A stretch of DNA of 64,000 nt from Ilumatobacteraceae bacterium (GCA_963820085.1 CAWFYU010000022.1:193984-257983); one strand, 5' to 3'; shown: positions 1 to 10,162, counted from the first letter of the stretch. The notes: generated by a model not told the origin, from the sequence alone. Made by a program: numbers and translations.

Positions 1-1817
1 GCGACACGATGCTGATTCGTGACGAGCACCGCTACGACATGTACGACTTGCAGATCGAGTTTCCGGCGCCGCCGATCCCGCGCGACCTGACCTTCGAGAT
101 CGACGAGCGAACCAGCGCCGACGGCCGAGTGCTGACCGACCCCTCACACGCCGCGCTCGTTGCGCTCACCGAGCAGCTGCAGGCGGCGAACGTGGAAGCC
201 GTCGCGATCTGCCTGCTGAACTCGTACGTCAACGCGGCCAACGAACAGAAAATCGCCACGCACCTGCGCAGCACACTCGGTGTTCCCGTGTGCGTCTCGG
301 CCGAAATCTCCCCGCAGATTCGCGAGTACCCGCGCATGGTCACCACGGCCTGCAACGCAGCGACGATGCCGGTCATCGGCCCGTACCTCGACGAGTTGCA
401 GAAGTGGCTCGCCGCCGAGGGCTTCGGTGGCTCGGTGCTGATGATGCTGTCGAACGGCGGCGTCGTGTCGGCCGACGACGCGGCACGTGGCCCGATTCGG
501 CTCGTCGAGTCCGGCCCCGCCGCTGGCGCCCTTGCCGGGAGCTGGTTCGCCAAGCGGCTCGGCATCGACCGGCTGCTCTGCTTCGACATGGGCGGCACAA
601 CTGCCAAGGCATGTCTCATCGAACACGGTGAACCCGAGTTGACCAACACGTTCGAAGTCGCGCGCGCCTACCGGTTCAAGAAGGGCTCGGGCTTTCCGGT
701 GTCGGTGCCGTCGGTCGACCTCGTCGAGATCGGTGCCGGTGGGGGCAGCCTGGCGCGCGTCGACCAGTTCGGCCTGCTCAAGGTCGGCCCCGAATCGTCC
801 GGCGCCGACCCCGGCCCAGCGTGCTACGGGCAAGGCGGCACGATCCCCGCGGTCACCGACGCCGACGTGCTGCTCGGCCTGCTCGACCCCGCCGCGTTCC
901 TCGGCGGCGACATGCCGCTCGATCGGTCATGCGCCGTCGCTGCTGCGCAGACGGTCGCCGACGGACTCGGACTCGAGATGATCGACACCGCCGCCGGAAT
1001 CCACGAGGTGGTCAACCAGAACATGGCGGCCGCGGCGAGCATGCACGGTGTCGAGATGGGCATCGACCTGCGGGGCATCCCGTTGATCGCGTTCGGCGGG
1101 GCCGGCCCCGTGCACACGTGCGGGGTCGCCGAACTGCTCGAATCCGATCGGGTGATCTTCCCCGTCAACGCGTCGGTGCTCTCGGCATTCGGCACGCTCG
1201 TCTCACCGGTGCGCATCGACCTGGCGCGCTCGATGCCCCGCCTCATCGACAAGGTCGACGCCGCCGAACGAGATGGGCTGCTCGACGAACTGCGGGACGA
1301 AGGCCGGCGCGTCCTGCACGCGGCAGGCGTGCCCGACGATGCGATCGTGTTCCGCTACGGCGTCGATGCCCGCTATTCCGGACAGGGCAACGAGATCACC
1401 ATCTGGGTGGGCGAGGGTGTTGCGTGGCCGGCCTCGGCTGCCGATGTCACCGCAGCATTCCAATCCGAATACCGTCGCATCTACGGCATGACCATTCCCG
1501 ACGTTGCCGTCGAAGCCATCACGTGGCGGCTGTCGGCATCGGCGACCACCTCGATCGTCGAGCCCGACGATTCGATCGCGGCCCACATCGGCGCCGTCGA
1601 ACCCAAGAGCGTGCGGCCGATGATCTTCGCCCGCGGCGCAGCCGCCATCGACGCTCCGGTGTTCGACCGCGCATCGCTCGGTGCGGGCGCTCGCTTCAGC
1701 GGCCCGGCCGTGGTCGAAGAGCGCGAAACCACCTCGGTCATCCGCCCCGGATGGAACGTCGAAGTCGCCGCAGATGGCAGCCTGATCGCCACCCGCACTG
1801 CTGGGAGTACCGCATGA
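1..1817 (+). CDS. Hydantoinase/oxoprolinase family, A (HyuA-like) subunit; 5' end truncated by the window edge
   Basis: ORF 9..1817 stays open to the window start and lacks the usual N-terminal ~90 aa. It carries the ATPase-like motif CFDMGGTTAKACLIE and HyuA-like sequence throughout. Its stop overlaps the next start (ATGA). Confidence 0.85.
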   Translation, partial: DTMLIRDEHRYDMYDLQIEFPAPPIPRDLTFEIDERTSADGRVLTDPSHAALVALTEQLQAANVEAVAICLLNSYVNAANEQKIATHLRSTLGVPVCVSAEISPQIREYPRMVTTACNAATMPVIGPYLDELQKWLAAEGFGGSVLMMLSNGGVVSADDAARGPIRLVESGPAAGALAGSWFAKRLGIDRLLCFDMGGTTAKACLIEHGEPELTNTFEVARAYRFKKGSGFPVSVPSVDLVEIGAGGGSLARVDQFGLLKVGPESSGADPGPACYGQGGTIPAVTDADVLLGLLDPAAFLGGDMPLDRSCAVAAAQTVADGLGLEMIDTAAGIHEVVNQNMAAAASMHGVEMGIDLRGIPLIAFGGAGPVHTCGVAELLESDRVIFPVNASVLSAFGTLVSPVRIDLARSMPRLIDKVDAAERDGLLDELRDEGRRVLHAAGVPDDAIVFRYGVDARYSGQGNEITIWVGEGVAWPASAADVTAAFQSEYRRIYGMTIPDVAVEAITWRLSASATTSIVEPDDSIAAHIGAVEPKSVRPMIFARGAAAIDAPVFDRASLGAGARFSGPAVVEERETTSVIRPGWNVEVAADGSLIATRTAGSTA

Positions 1818-3394
1818 CCATGACCGAAGCGCGACCCTCCGAGTTCGATCCGATCGAACTCGAGATCCTGTGGCAGTCGCTGATCTCCACCGTCAACGAG
1901 CAGGCGCGGGCACTGCAGCGCGCAGCGTTCTCGCCGATCGTGCGCGAAGCGGGCGATCTCGCCAATGCGGTGTTCGACCGGCGCGGCCGCATGGTCGCGC
2001 AAGCCGTCACGGGCACGCCCGGCCACATCAACTCACTCGCCATCGGCGCCGCCAAGATGCTCGAGGAGTACCCGATCGACACCCTCGATGAGGGTGACAT
2101 CCTGATCACCAACGATCCGTACAAGACAGCGGGTCAACTCCTCGACGTGACCGTGCTCGTGCCGGCCTGGCGCAACGGCAAGATCATCGCGTTGTTCGGG
2201 TCGACGATCCATCACACCGACGTCGGTGGCTACGGCATCGGGGCGGGCGGCCGCGATGTGTTCGAAGAGGGTTTGTGGATTCCGATCTGCAAGTTGCTCA
2301 AGCGCGGCGAACGCAACGACGACGTGTGGAAGTTCATTCTCTCGAACGTGCGCCAGCCCGACCACATGGCAGGCGACCTGCACGCGCAGATGGCGTCGGG
2401 TCAAGTCGGCGCACAACGGTTGAACACGCTCTGCGCCGCGCATGGGCTCGACGACATCGAAGCGTTGGCGGACGAGATCATCGACCGGTCAGAGGAGGCA
2501 ACTCGCGAGAGCATTCGCGAACTGCCGAGCGGCACGTACAACGCCAGTGCGATCCTCGACCTCGCCGACGGATCGAAGATCGACATCGTCTGCTCGCTGC
2601 AGGTCGACAGCGTGGCGGGCGAGATCACGGTCGACTACGCAGGGACATCCGAGGCGTCGCCGTGGGGCATCAACGTCGTCATGAACTACACCCACGCCTA
2701 CACCACCTTCACGGTGCGGTCGGTGCTGAACCCCGACATCCCGAACAACCACGGCAGCCTCGCCCCCATCCTGGTCAAGGCACCGGTCGGATCGATCGTC
2801 AACGCCGTGTCGCCGCAGCCGGGTACGGCCCGTCACGTCGTGGGCATGTTCCTGCCGAATGCACTGCTCAAGGCACTGGCGCAGGTGCGGCCAGAAGCGG
2901 CGATGGCCGAGGGGTCGGGAGCGGTGTGGACGATGCAGGTCAATGGCAACTACCCCGACGGCAGCCCGTTCATCACGGCGATGTTCACCTACGCCGGTGG
3001 CGTCGGAGCGCGTGCGACCAAGCCCGGTCTCAATGCATGTTCCTATCCCACCGGGGTGTCGGCGGTGCCGATCGAAGTCGTCGAGGCGTCGGCGCCGATT
3101 CGTTTCCGGGAGAAGTCGTTGCGGCCCGGATCAGGCGGTGCGGGAGCACAGACCGGTGGGCTCGGACAGGCGATCGAGTTCAGCGTCGACACCGACAGGG
3201 CTTGGCAGCTCAACGCGGTGACCAGCCGACTGTCCGATGCGCCGCTCGGCCTGTTCGGCGGCGAACCGGGGGCAACCGGAAGCTTCCGGGTCAACGGCGA
3301 GGCCGTGGAAACCCAAGCGCGGATCAGCTTGACCGGAACCGACGTGGTCCGCCTCGAACTCCCGGGCGGCGGCGGATACGGGGCTGTGCGGTAA
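1814..3394 (+). CDS. Hydantoinase B/oxoprolinase family (HyuB-like) subunit
   Basis: In-frame ATG at 1814 inside the long ORF 821..3394; the upstream part of that ORF is Arg-rich junk. The motif ILITNDPYKTAGQLLDVTV and the overall sequence are typical of HyuB. Confidence 0.85.
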   Translation: MTMTEARPSEFDPIELEILWQSLISTVNEQARALQRAAFSPIVREAGDLANAVFDRRGRMVAQAVTGTPGHINSLAIGAAKMLEEYPIDTLDEGDILITNDPYKTAGQLLDVTVLVPAWRNGKIIALFGSTIHHTDVGGYGIGAGGRDVFEEGLWIPICKLLKRGERNDDVWKFILSNVRQPDHMAGDLHAQMASGQVGAQRLNTLCAAHGLDDIEALADEIIDRSEEATRESIRELPSGTYNASAILDLADGSKIDIVCSLQVDSVAGEITVDYAGTSEASPWGINVVMNYTHAYTTFTVRSVLNPDIPNNHGSLAPILVKAPVGSIVNAVSPQPGTARHVVGMFLPNALLKALAQVRPEAAMAEGSGAVWTMQVNGNYPDGSPFITAMFTYAGGVGARATKPGLNACSYPTGVSAVPIEVVEASAPIRFREKSLRPGSGGAGAQTGGLGQAIEFSVDTDRAWQLNAVTSRLSDAPLGLFGGEPGATGSFRVNGEAVETQARISLTGTDVVRLELPGGGGYGAVR

Positions 3395-3396
3395 TC

Positions 3397-4980
3397 GTGG
3401 CCGAGTGGCCGGACGCGGCAACGTTTTCCGACGTGTGGGCCACTGCTGTCGCGACGCGCCCCGACGCGGCGTTCCTCACCTTCGAGGCGCCCGACGGTTC
3501 GATCACCGACTGGACGTACGGCGAGTTCGACACGGTGGTGGCCCGCATGGCCTCCGAGTTGGTCAGCCACGACGTCGGGCGAGGAACGGCGGTGAGTCTC
3601 GCGCTCACCAACTGCCCGACCTTCATTGCCGTCTGGATCGCTTCGACCCGACTCGGGGCCTGGATCGTGCCATCGGACCCGATGGGTCGCACCGCCGAGT
3701 TCCGTGACCACATCGAACGGACGCGGCCGACCGTCGGGTTCTTCGCCGCCAGTCGAGCCGACGAGTACCGCCCCGCAGCCGGTGCCATCGCGCTGTTCCC
3801 GATCGACGAAACCGATGCCGCGCTCGACTGGTTGCCGGCCGAGGAGTTCACCGCTTGGCCGACGCCCGACCTGCTCGACACCGCCGCCGTGATGTTCACC
3901 AGCGGCACGACCGGCCGTCCCAAAGGTGTCGTGATCACGCAGGCCAACTATGCCTTCGCCGGCAAGGTGATGGCCGAAGCGGCCGACCTGCGGCCGGACG
4001 ATCGCCACATCGTGGTGCTTCCGATGTTCCACGCCAACGCGCAGTACTACTCGTTCGCTGCCGCGATCTGGGCGGGTGCCTCGGTCGCGTTGATGCCCAC
4101 GTTCTCGGCGAGCGGGTTCCTCCGCCAGGCCGCCCGGCACCGCGCCACGTGCGCCAGCCTGTTCGCCGCGCCGATGCGAATGATCCTCGCGCGCGGCGCG
4201 CCACTGCCGGCCGACGATCGACCTGATCTCCGGCTGCGCCACTGCTGGTTCGCGCAGAATCTCGGAGACGAACAGCACGCGACGCTCGCCGACTGGTTCG
4301 GCTGTCTCCCGCGCCAGCTCTACGGCATGACCGAAACCATTCCGGCGGTGCTCACCGATCGAGCCGATGACCCGCGGGCCGACTCGATGGGCTTCGTCAC
4401 CCTCGGCTGCGAGGTCGAGATCCACGACGCCGACGGTTCGCCCGTCGCCGCCGGTGAAGTCGGCGAGATCGTCGTACGCGGCACACCCGGCATCACGTTG
4501 TTCGGGGCGTACTTCGACGATCCCGACACCACGGCAGCGAGCTTTCGCGGACCGTGGTTCCTCACGGGCGACCGCGCCGCTTGCGACGAGCACGGCCGAT
4601 TCTTCTTCGACGGTCGCCGGTCCGACGTGCTCAAGGTGGCCGGGGAAAACGTGTCGACCGTCGAAGTCGAAGCGGTGCTCACCGCGCACCCGAGGGTGCT
4701 CGAAGCGTCGGTGGTCGGCGCGCCCGACCCCATCCGCGACGAGGTGCCGATCGCGTTCGTCGTCGCGACCGACCTCACCCAACCGCCGTCGGCCGATGAA
4801 CTGTTCGAGTGGTGCCGCACGCGATTGGGCAAGGCCAAGCAGCCGCGCGAGATCACCCTGCTCGATGAGTTGCCGCGCACCAGCGTCGGCAAGATCCGCA
4901 AGTTCATGTTGCAAGAATCCACGTTGAGAGAATCCGCGTTGAGAGAATCCGCGTTGAGAGAAGAGGTGCTGCGATCGTGA
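3397..4980 (+). CDS. AMP-dependent synthetase/ligase (acyl/aryl-CoA ligase family)
   Basis: GTG at 3397, 2 nt after the hyuB stop. AMP-binding motifs FTSGTTGRPKGV, YGMTE, LTGDRA and GKIRK are present. The upstream part of ORF 2275..4980 is alternate-frame junk. Confidence 0.85.
   Translation: MAEWPDAATFSDVWATAVATRPDAAFLTFEAPDGSITDWTYGEFDTVVARMASELVSHDVGRGTAVSLALTNCPTFIAVWIASTRLGAWIVPSDPMGRTAEFRDHIERTRPTVGFFAASRADEYRPAAGAIALFPIDETDAALDWLPAEEFTAWPTPDLLDTAAVMFTSGTTGRPKGVVITQANYAFAGKVMAEAADLRPDDRHIVVLPMFHANAQYYSFAAAIWAGASVALMPTFSASGFLRQAARHRATCASLFAAPMRMILARGAPLPADDRPDLRLRHCWFAQNLGDEQHATLADWFGCLPRQLYGMTETIPAVLTDRADDPRADSMGFVTLGCEVEIHDADGSPVAAGEVGEIVVRGTPGITLFGAYFDDPDTTAASFRGPWFLTGDRAACDEHGRFFFDGRRSDVLKVAGENVSTVEVEAVLTAHPRVLEASVVGAPDPIRDEVPIAFVVATDLTQPPSADELFEWCRTRLGKAKQPREITLLDELPRTSVGKIRKFMLQESTLRESALRESALREEVLRS
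4915..4962 (+). repeat. 15-bp tandem repeat x3 (gaatcc[a/g]cgttgaga) encoding (E)S[T/A]LRE at the C-terminal tail of the ligase
   Basis: Read directly from the sequence: gaatccacgttgaga / gaatccgcgttgaga / gaatccgcgttgaga, followed by a partial gaagagg. Confidence 0.9.
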
Positions 4981-6143
4981 CCATGCTGAGTGACGAGTTA
5001 CTGGCGAGTCTCGACGCGTCGATTCAAGACGTTTCGCGGGCCGCCACCCTGCCCGCCGCGTTGTACACCTCGCCCGAGGTGCTTGCGGTCGAGGCCGAGA
5101 CGATGTTCATGAAGGAGTGGCTGTGCGTCGGCCGGGCCGAACGGATTGCGAACGTCGGCGACTGGTTCACGGTCACCATCGTCGACGAACCAATCATTGT
5201 CGCACGCAACAAGAACGGCGACATCTGCGCGATGTCGGCGGTCTGCCAGCATCGGGCGATGCAGGTGTGCGAGGGCGAGGGCAACAGCACCACCTTCAAG
5301 TGCCCGTACCACCATTGGAACTACGGACTCGACGGTCGGCTCCTGGGGGCGCCGGCGATGGAACGCACCGAAGCATTCGACAAGGCCGACTTCGGCCTGC
5401 CCCAACTACGTGTGGAGCTGTGGCAGGGTTTCGTGTTCGTCAACTTCGATACGGCAGCCGCACCGCTGGCACCGACCCTCGAGCGCTACGCACCGTTCGT
5501 TCGCAACTACGACCTCGAACACGCGGTGTGTCCGGGCACGTTCACGCTGACGGGGATGCCGTGGAACTGGAAGGTGATGTTCGAGAACTTCAACGACGGC
5601 TACCACGCCAACCGGCTCCATCAGTTCGTGCAAGACTTTTGCCCGTCCAGCATGTCCGCGTTCCCGGTGCCGTGGTCTGACGACTCGAACGTCATCTTCC
5701 GTACTGCTGGCTACACCCACATCGACGGTGGCTTCAACGCGACGCACCGCGTCATCATGGATGTGTTCCCCGAACTGACCGAGGAAGAACGCACCCGTTC
5801 GACGTTCGCATTGATGCCGCCGACGCTCTGCTTCGGTACCGCGCCTGATCAGTGCTTCTTCTTTCTCATCCGCCCGACCGGACCCGAAACGATCGATGTC
5901 GAAATCGGCTACATCTTCCATCCGGCGGCGCTCGAGGACCCGCTGTTCGAGCAGAAGATGGCACTGTCCGACGCCGGAGTCCAGGTGTTCGTCCAGCAAG
6001 ATCAAGACGCGACCACCAAGGTGCAACGCGGGTTGAGGTCTCGGTTCGCACCGCGTGGCCGGTACTCGTGGCAAGAAGAAAGCCACATCCAGTTCAACCG
6101 CTGGCTGGTCCAGCGGTACCGCGCGGCACGGCCGGCCGCATGA
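4977..6143 (+). CDS. Rieske [2Fe-2S] non-haem-iron oxygenase, alpha (catalytic) subunit
   Basis: Rieske motif CQHRAMQV...CPYHHWNY and mononuclear-iron motif NDGYHANRLH. The GTG start overlaps the ligase stop (GTGA); an alternative ATG lies at 4983. Confidence 0.85.
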   Translation: MTMLSDELLASLDASIQDVSRAATLPAALYTSPEVLAVEAETMFMKEWLCVGRAERIANVGDWFTVTIVDEPIIVARNKNGDICAMSAVCQHRAMQVCEGEGNSTTFKCPYHHWNYGLDGRLLGAPAMERTEAFDKADFGLPQLRVELWQGFVFVNFDTAAAPLAPTLERYAPFVRNYDLEHAVCPGTFTLTGMPWNWKVMFENFNDGYHANRLHQFVQDFCPSSMSAFPVPWSDDSNVIFRTAGYTHIDGGFNATHRVIMDVFPELTEEERTRSTFALMPPTLCFGTAPDQCFFFLIRPTGPETIDVEIGYIFHPAALEDPLFEQKMALSDAGVQVFVQQDQDATTKVQRGLRSRFAPRGRYSWQEESHIQFNRWLVQRYRAARPAA

Positions 6144-6184
6144 GCGACATCATCAAGTAACACCAGCAAACAAGGGGAGCAGCA

Positions 6185-7420
6185 ATGAACGTCCACCAGA
6201 AACTTCCACGTCGGGTCGCGCTCTGCGCGGCCTTGGCGCTCACCGCCGCAGCATGCGGGAGTTCCGATTCGGCATCGGAATCAACCGACGCACCAGCGGT
6301 CTCCGAGGGTGCGCCAGCCGAAACCGAAGCACCCGCCGAAACCGAAGCACCAACTGACACCGAGGCGCCAGCCGAAACCGAAGCGCCAGCCGAAACCGAA
6401 GCACCGACTGAAACCGACGCGCCGGCGGAACCAGGGACTGACGAGATCGTTGCGGCGTTCGATGCGAACGGCGACGGCACCGTCACGATCGGCGTGGCTG
6501 CCGCAGGCCCCCGCGACGACAACGGCTACTACCAGTCGCTCGTGAACTTCGCCGAGGAGTACTCGGCCGAAAATGGATTCGCCGCGCCGATCATCAGCGA
6601 CAACATCGGCTCAGCCGAAGCCGCCCAATCGTTGTCCGATCTCGCGCAACAGGGAGTCGACATCTTGATGGTGGGCGCCAGCGAAATTGCCGAACCACTC
6701 GCGGACCTCACGGAACAGTTCCCCGACGTCTTCTGGTATTGCAACTGTGGTGCCGGTTTCCAAGAGCTCCCGGGCCTCGCCCAGGCCACCGACTGGGGCG
6801 CGGCAATCCACTACTCCGCCGGCGTCGCAATGGGTGCAGTGCTGCAAGAGCAGGGAAGCACCAGCTCGGTCTTCCTCGGTTGCTGTGACATCAACTTCGA
6901 AGTCGAGGCCTACGAGGCCACGCTCTACGGCTTGCAGTCGGTCGACCCGAGCTTCACCATGGAGTACGTCGGAACGGGCGATTTCGAGTTCGACTTCGAC
7001 AACTCGGCGAATGCGACGGCTGCGCTGGCCAACGCCAAGGCCAATGGTGCAACGCTGGCCTACGCCTACCTCGGTGGTGCACTCGACCCGGTCGGCCAAC
7101 TCGGTGTCGACGAAGGCATGGCTGTGTTCGCAGCCGGCCCGGCCGACATTTGCGACCGTGACATCCCGTGGACCGGCGGCGTCGTCTTCGACGGTGGCCT
7201 GTACGCCGCCCAGGCACTGCGCCTCATCATCGAGGGAGAACTGACCGAAGGGACGACCTACCAGTTCCCGACCGAGCCGGGCCTCAACGGCGCTGTCCTC
7301 TGTGACGCCTCGGCCGAGGCGCAAGCCGCGGTCGACGAAGCGTTCGGGCTCCTCGCGTCGTTCGACGACACGCTGTACGCCGATCTCGGAGCCATTTCGG
7401 GAGCTGCATACGGCGGCTGA
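6185..7420 (+). CDS. BMP-family (PnrA/Med-like) ABC substrate-binding lipoprotein
   Basis: Signal peptide with lipobox LTAAAC, an acidic ETEAP repeat linker, then a periplasmic-binding fold. The gene sits directly upstream of a duplicated-ATPase plus two-permease set, the arrangement typical of BMP/nucleoside-type importers. Confidence 0.6.
   Translation: MNVHQKLPRRVALCAALALTAAACGSSDSASESTDAPAVSEGAPAETEAPAETEAPTDTEAPAETEAPAETEAPTETDAPAEPGTDEIVAAFDANGDGTVTIGVAAAGPRDDNGYYQSLVNFAEEYSAENGFAAPIISDNIGSAEAAQSLSDLAQQGVDILMVGASEIAEPLADLTEQFPDVFWYCNCGAGFQELPGLAQATDWGAAIHYSAGVAMGAVLQEQGSTSSVFLGCCDINFEVEAYEATLYGLQSVDPSFTMEYVGTGDFEFDFDNSANATAALANAKANGATLAYAYLGGALDPVGQLGVDEGMAVFAAGPADICDRDIPWTGGVVFDGGLYAAQALRLIIEGELTEGTTYQFPTEPGLNGAVLCDASAEAQAAVDEAFGLLASFDDTLYADLGAISGAAYGG
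6311..6436 (+). repeat. 18-bp tandem repeat, about 7 copies, encoding the AP[A/T][E/D]TE linker of the lipoprotein
   Basis: Units such as gcgccagccgaaaccgaa and gcacccgccgaaaccgaa are readable in the sequence. The protein reads APAETEAPAETEAPTDTEAPAETEAPAETEAPTETDAPAE. Confidence 0.85.
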
Positions 7421-9054
7421 TGACCTCCGGATCACCAGACCAGACCGGTGCGGACCCTCATGCAGGGTCCGCACCGGCGGTCGACTTTCGCAACATCACC
7501 AAACGCTTCGGATCAGTCACCGCCTGCGACGGCGTTGATCTGGTCCTTCGACGCGGCCGCATTCACGGCATTCTCGGTGAGAACGGGGCAGGCAAGTCGA
7601 CGCTGATGAAGATGCTGATCGGGCTGGTGTTGCCCGACGAAGGTGCCATCCACATCGACGGTGCCGCGCAGCAGATCCACAGCCCGCTCGACGCCGCGTC
7701 GCTGGGGATCGGCATGGTGCATCAGCACTTCAGCCTGGTCGAAGCGTTGACCGTGTGGGAGAACGTCGCGCTCGGCGAGGCGGGCAGGCTCGACCCGACG
7801 GCGATTCGCAACCGCATCGGTGACATCGCCGATCACTACGGCTTGATCATCGAACCGGATGCACGCGTCGGCGATCTCACGGCGGGCCTGCGGCAACGGG
7901 TCGAGATCATCAAGTGCTTGCGGCGCGATCCGAGCATCGTGATCTTCGACGAACCCACCTCGGTGCTCACCCCGGAAGAGTCGGTGCAACTCTTTGCATC
8001 GCTGCGCCAGGTCGTCGCCGACGAAGGACGCGCCGTCGTGCTCGTCAGCCACAAGCTCGACGAGGTGCTCCATGCCACCGACGACATCTCGATCATGCGG
8101 CAGGGCAAGGTCGTCGATCGGCTCCTCGCGGCGCACGCCGACGCTCCCACGCTCGCTCGCGGCATGGTCGGGCGCGACGTGTCTCTGCGATCTGAGCGAG
8201 CAGCGCTCGGCGTGCTCGCCATCGATCAGTCCGATGACGTCGATCCGTTCGATGAGGTCGGTGACGTCAGTGGGGGCAGCGGGAACGACACCGCGATCGC
8301 GTCCGAATCGGTTCCCGTGCTGCAGATCGACCGGGCGACGGTGCGCGGCAACGGCGGCGTGCTGATGCTCGATGAACTCTCCTTCGAACTGCGCGCCGGC
8401 GAGATCGTCGGGATCGCCGGCGTCGAAGGCAACGGGCAGCGCGAGCTGGGTGACCTGTTGTCGAGTCTCGTTACGCTCGAGTCGGGGTCGGTCGCCGTTG
8501 CCGGCGTGCGCGTCCCCGCCGGCCGCTCCGGGGCGATGGCCAAGGCAGGAGTTGGTGTCATTCCCGAGGATCGTCACGACAGCGGCATCGTGCTCGACAT
8601 GACGGTCGCCGAGAACCTCGTCCTGGTCGACCAATCCGGCGTCGCGCCGCGCGGCATCATCGACCGGGGCGCGCTCGGACGGTTCGCGCTCGAACTGATC
8701 GAACAATTCGGCATTCACTGCGCCGGACCTGATGCTCCGATGTGGTCGCTGTCGGGCGGCAACCAACAACGCGTCGTCCTCGCCCGTGAGCTCGCGCAGC
8801 ATCCCCAGGTGCTCGTTGCCGCCCAGCCGACGCGAGGTCTGGACGTCGGCGCGATCGAGTACATGGGTGACCGGCTGCGAGCCGCAGCCGCGGCGGGAGT
8901 GGCGGTGCTCTTGATTTCGAGCGAGCTCGAAGAGGTGCTCGACCTCTCGCATCGGATCATCGTCATGCATTCCGGACGGATCGTCGGCGAGATGAATCGC
9001 GCCGACGTCGACCTCGAAACGCTCGGCCTGATGATGGGCGGTGTTGCACCGTGA
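7420..9054 (+). CDS. ABC transporter ATP-binding protein with two fused ATPase domains
   Basis: First domain has Walker A GENGAGKST, an LSGGNQQRV-type signature and FDEPTS. The second domain has a degenerate Walker A (GVEGNGQRE). The ATG overlaps the stop of the binding-protein gene. Confidence 0.85.
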   Translation: MTSGSPDQTGADPHAGSAPAVDFRNITKRFGSVTACDGVDLVLRRGRIHGILGENGAGKSTLMKMLIGLVLPDEGAIHIDGAAQQIHSPLDAASLGIGMVHQHFSLVEALTVWENVALGEAGRLDPTAIRNRIGDIADHYGLIIEPDARVGDLTAGLRQRVEIIKCLRRDPSIVIFDEPTSVLTPEESVQLFASLRQVVADEGRAVVLVSHKLDEVLHATDDISIMRQGKVVDRLLAAHADAPTLARGMVGRDVSLRSERAALGVLAIDQSDDVDPFDEVGDVSGGSGNDTAIASESVPVLQIDRATVRGNGGVLMLDELSFELRAGEIVGIAGVEGNGQRELGDLLSSLVTLESGSVAVAGVRVPAGRSGAMAKAGVGVIPEDRHDSGIVLDMTVAENLVLVDQSGVAPRGIIDRGALGRFALELIEQFGIHCAGPDAPMWSLSGGNQQRVVLARELAQHPQVLVAAQPTRGLDVGAIEYMGDRLRAAAAAGVAVLLISSELEEVLDLSHRIIVMHSGRIVGEMNRADVDLETLGLMMGGVAP

Positions 9055-10160
9055 CCGAGTCCGTCGCGTCGCGCCACGGAGCCCGCATGAGCGAGTGGCT
9101 GATGCTCTACGCGCTGAGCGTCGCCGCGGCGCTGGTGCTGTCGGCATTGCTGGTCGAAGCGACCGGTGGCGACTGGCGCCCGGTGGTCAACGCGCTGCTC
9201 GATGGCAGCCTGCGCAAGCCTGGGCGATGGGGAGAGACGCTGGGTACCGCGGCGCCGTTGTTGCTCGTGGCCGTCGGCACGATCGTGTCGGGCAAGGCGG
9301 GCCTGATCAACATCGGCCAGGAAGGCCAACTCTTCGTCGGAGCAGCCTGCGCGACCTACTTCGGCTTCCTGATCGGTGGGCCCGGTCCGCTCAACATCAT
9401 CCTGCTCCTGATCTTCGGGGCGCTCGGCGGGGCGCTCTGGGCGGGCGTGGCAGCGGTCCTCAAGTTCTGGCGCAACGTGCCCGAAGTGCTGTCGACCCTG
9501 CTCCTCGTCACCGTCGGCGGCCAGATCGTCGCGTACGGCTTGAGCCAGTCGTGGCTGTTGCTCGCCCCACTCGGAGATCGCGGCAACCGCAATCAGGTCA
9601 GTTCACAGTTGGCCGCTGACAACCGGTTGCCGCGCCCCCGAGTGTTCGGCAACGAGATCCCGTTGGCGGTGGTCATCGCCGTGGCGCTGGCGGTTGCGGC
9701 CAGCCTCGTGCTGACTCGAACGGTGTGGGGGTTCCGGCTGCGGATGTTGGGTCGCAACGCGCGAGCGGCGCAGCGTTCGGGCGTGGCGCGGACACGTTAC
9801 GGAGCGACGGCGATGATGATCAGCGGAGGATGCGCGGGCCTCGCCGGCGCGGTGATGCTGGCGGGCGGCGGCTTCGCCTTCGGGAACTATCAGCTCGTTC
9901 CCGGATTCGCGACGAATATCGGCTGGACCGGGCTGTTGGTCGCGCTCGTGGCCCGGGAGAAGGCGCTGGTCGCGATTCCGGTCGCGTTCATCTTCGCCGG
10001 GCTGCGAACCGGGTCGAGCTTCGTCGGGTCCACCGGCGTCGAAGGCCGGATCACCGACGTCATCCAAGGCTTCTTGGTGCTGGCGCTCCTCGTTCCACCG
10101 GCCGTGATGTTCCTTCGTGATCGCCGGCGGGCGAGAGCCGCCGCGACGGATCGGGTGTAG
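9051..10160 (+). CDS. ABC transporter permease (BMP/ribose-type, BPD_transp_2-like)
   Basis: Multi-pass hydrophobic protein. The GTGA overlap with the ATPase stop gives a GTG start at 9051; an alternative ATG start lies near 9087. Confidence 0.75.
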   Translation: MTESVASRHGARMSEWLMLYALSVAAALVLSALLVEATGGDWRPVVNALLDGSLRKPGRWGETLGTAAPLLLVAVGTIVSGKAGLINIGQEGQLFVGAACATYFGFLIGGPGPLNIILLLIFGALGGALWAGVAAVLKFWRNVPEVLSTLLLVTVGGQIVAYGLSQSWLLLAPLGDRGNRNQVSSQLAADNRLPRPRVFGNEIPLAVVIAVALAVAASLVLTRTVWGFRLRMLGRNARAAQRSGVARTRYGATAMMISGGCAGLAGAVMLAGGGFAFGNYQLVPGFATNIGWTGLLVALVAREKALVAIPVAFIFAGLRTGSSFVGSTGVEGRITDVIQGFLVLALLVPPAVMFLRDRRRARAAATDRV

Positions 10161-10162
10161 CC

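Noticed and set aside
3043-4914. Long antisense ORFs. Examples: 3043..4914 -, 7513..9147 -, 9890..10960 -, 14804..16270 -, 16471..17757 +, 17837..19978 +, 24382..26232 -, 26010..28019 -, 27859..29586 -, 30269..32188 -, 45721..46776 -, 46782..47909 -
   Set aside because: All lie opposite well-supported genes with recognisable motifs. Their translations are low-complexity and Arg/Gly/Asp/His-rich with no recognisable motifs. They are high-GC antisense artefacts.
821-4980. Very long ORFs 821..3394 (857 aa) and 2275..4980 (901 aa) as single giant genes
   Set aside because: Their upstream portions are Arg/Gly/Pro-rich alternate-frame readthrough over the preceding genes, as is typical of high-GC DNA. 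Real protein-like sequence begins at 1814 and 3397 respectively.
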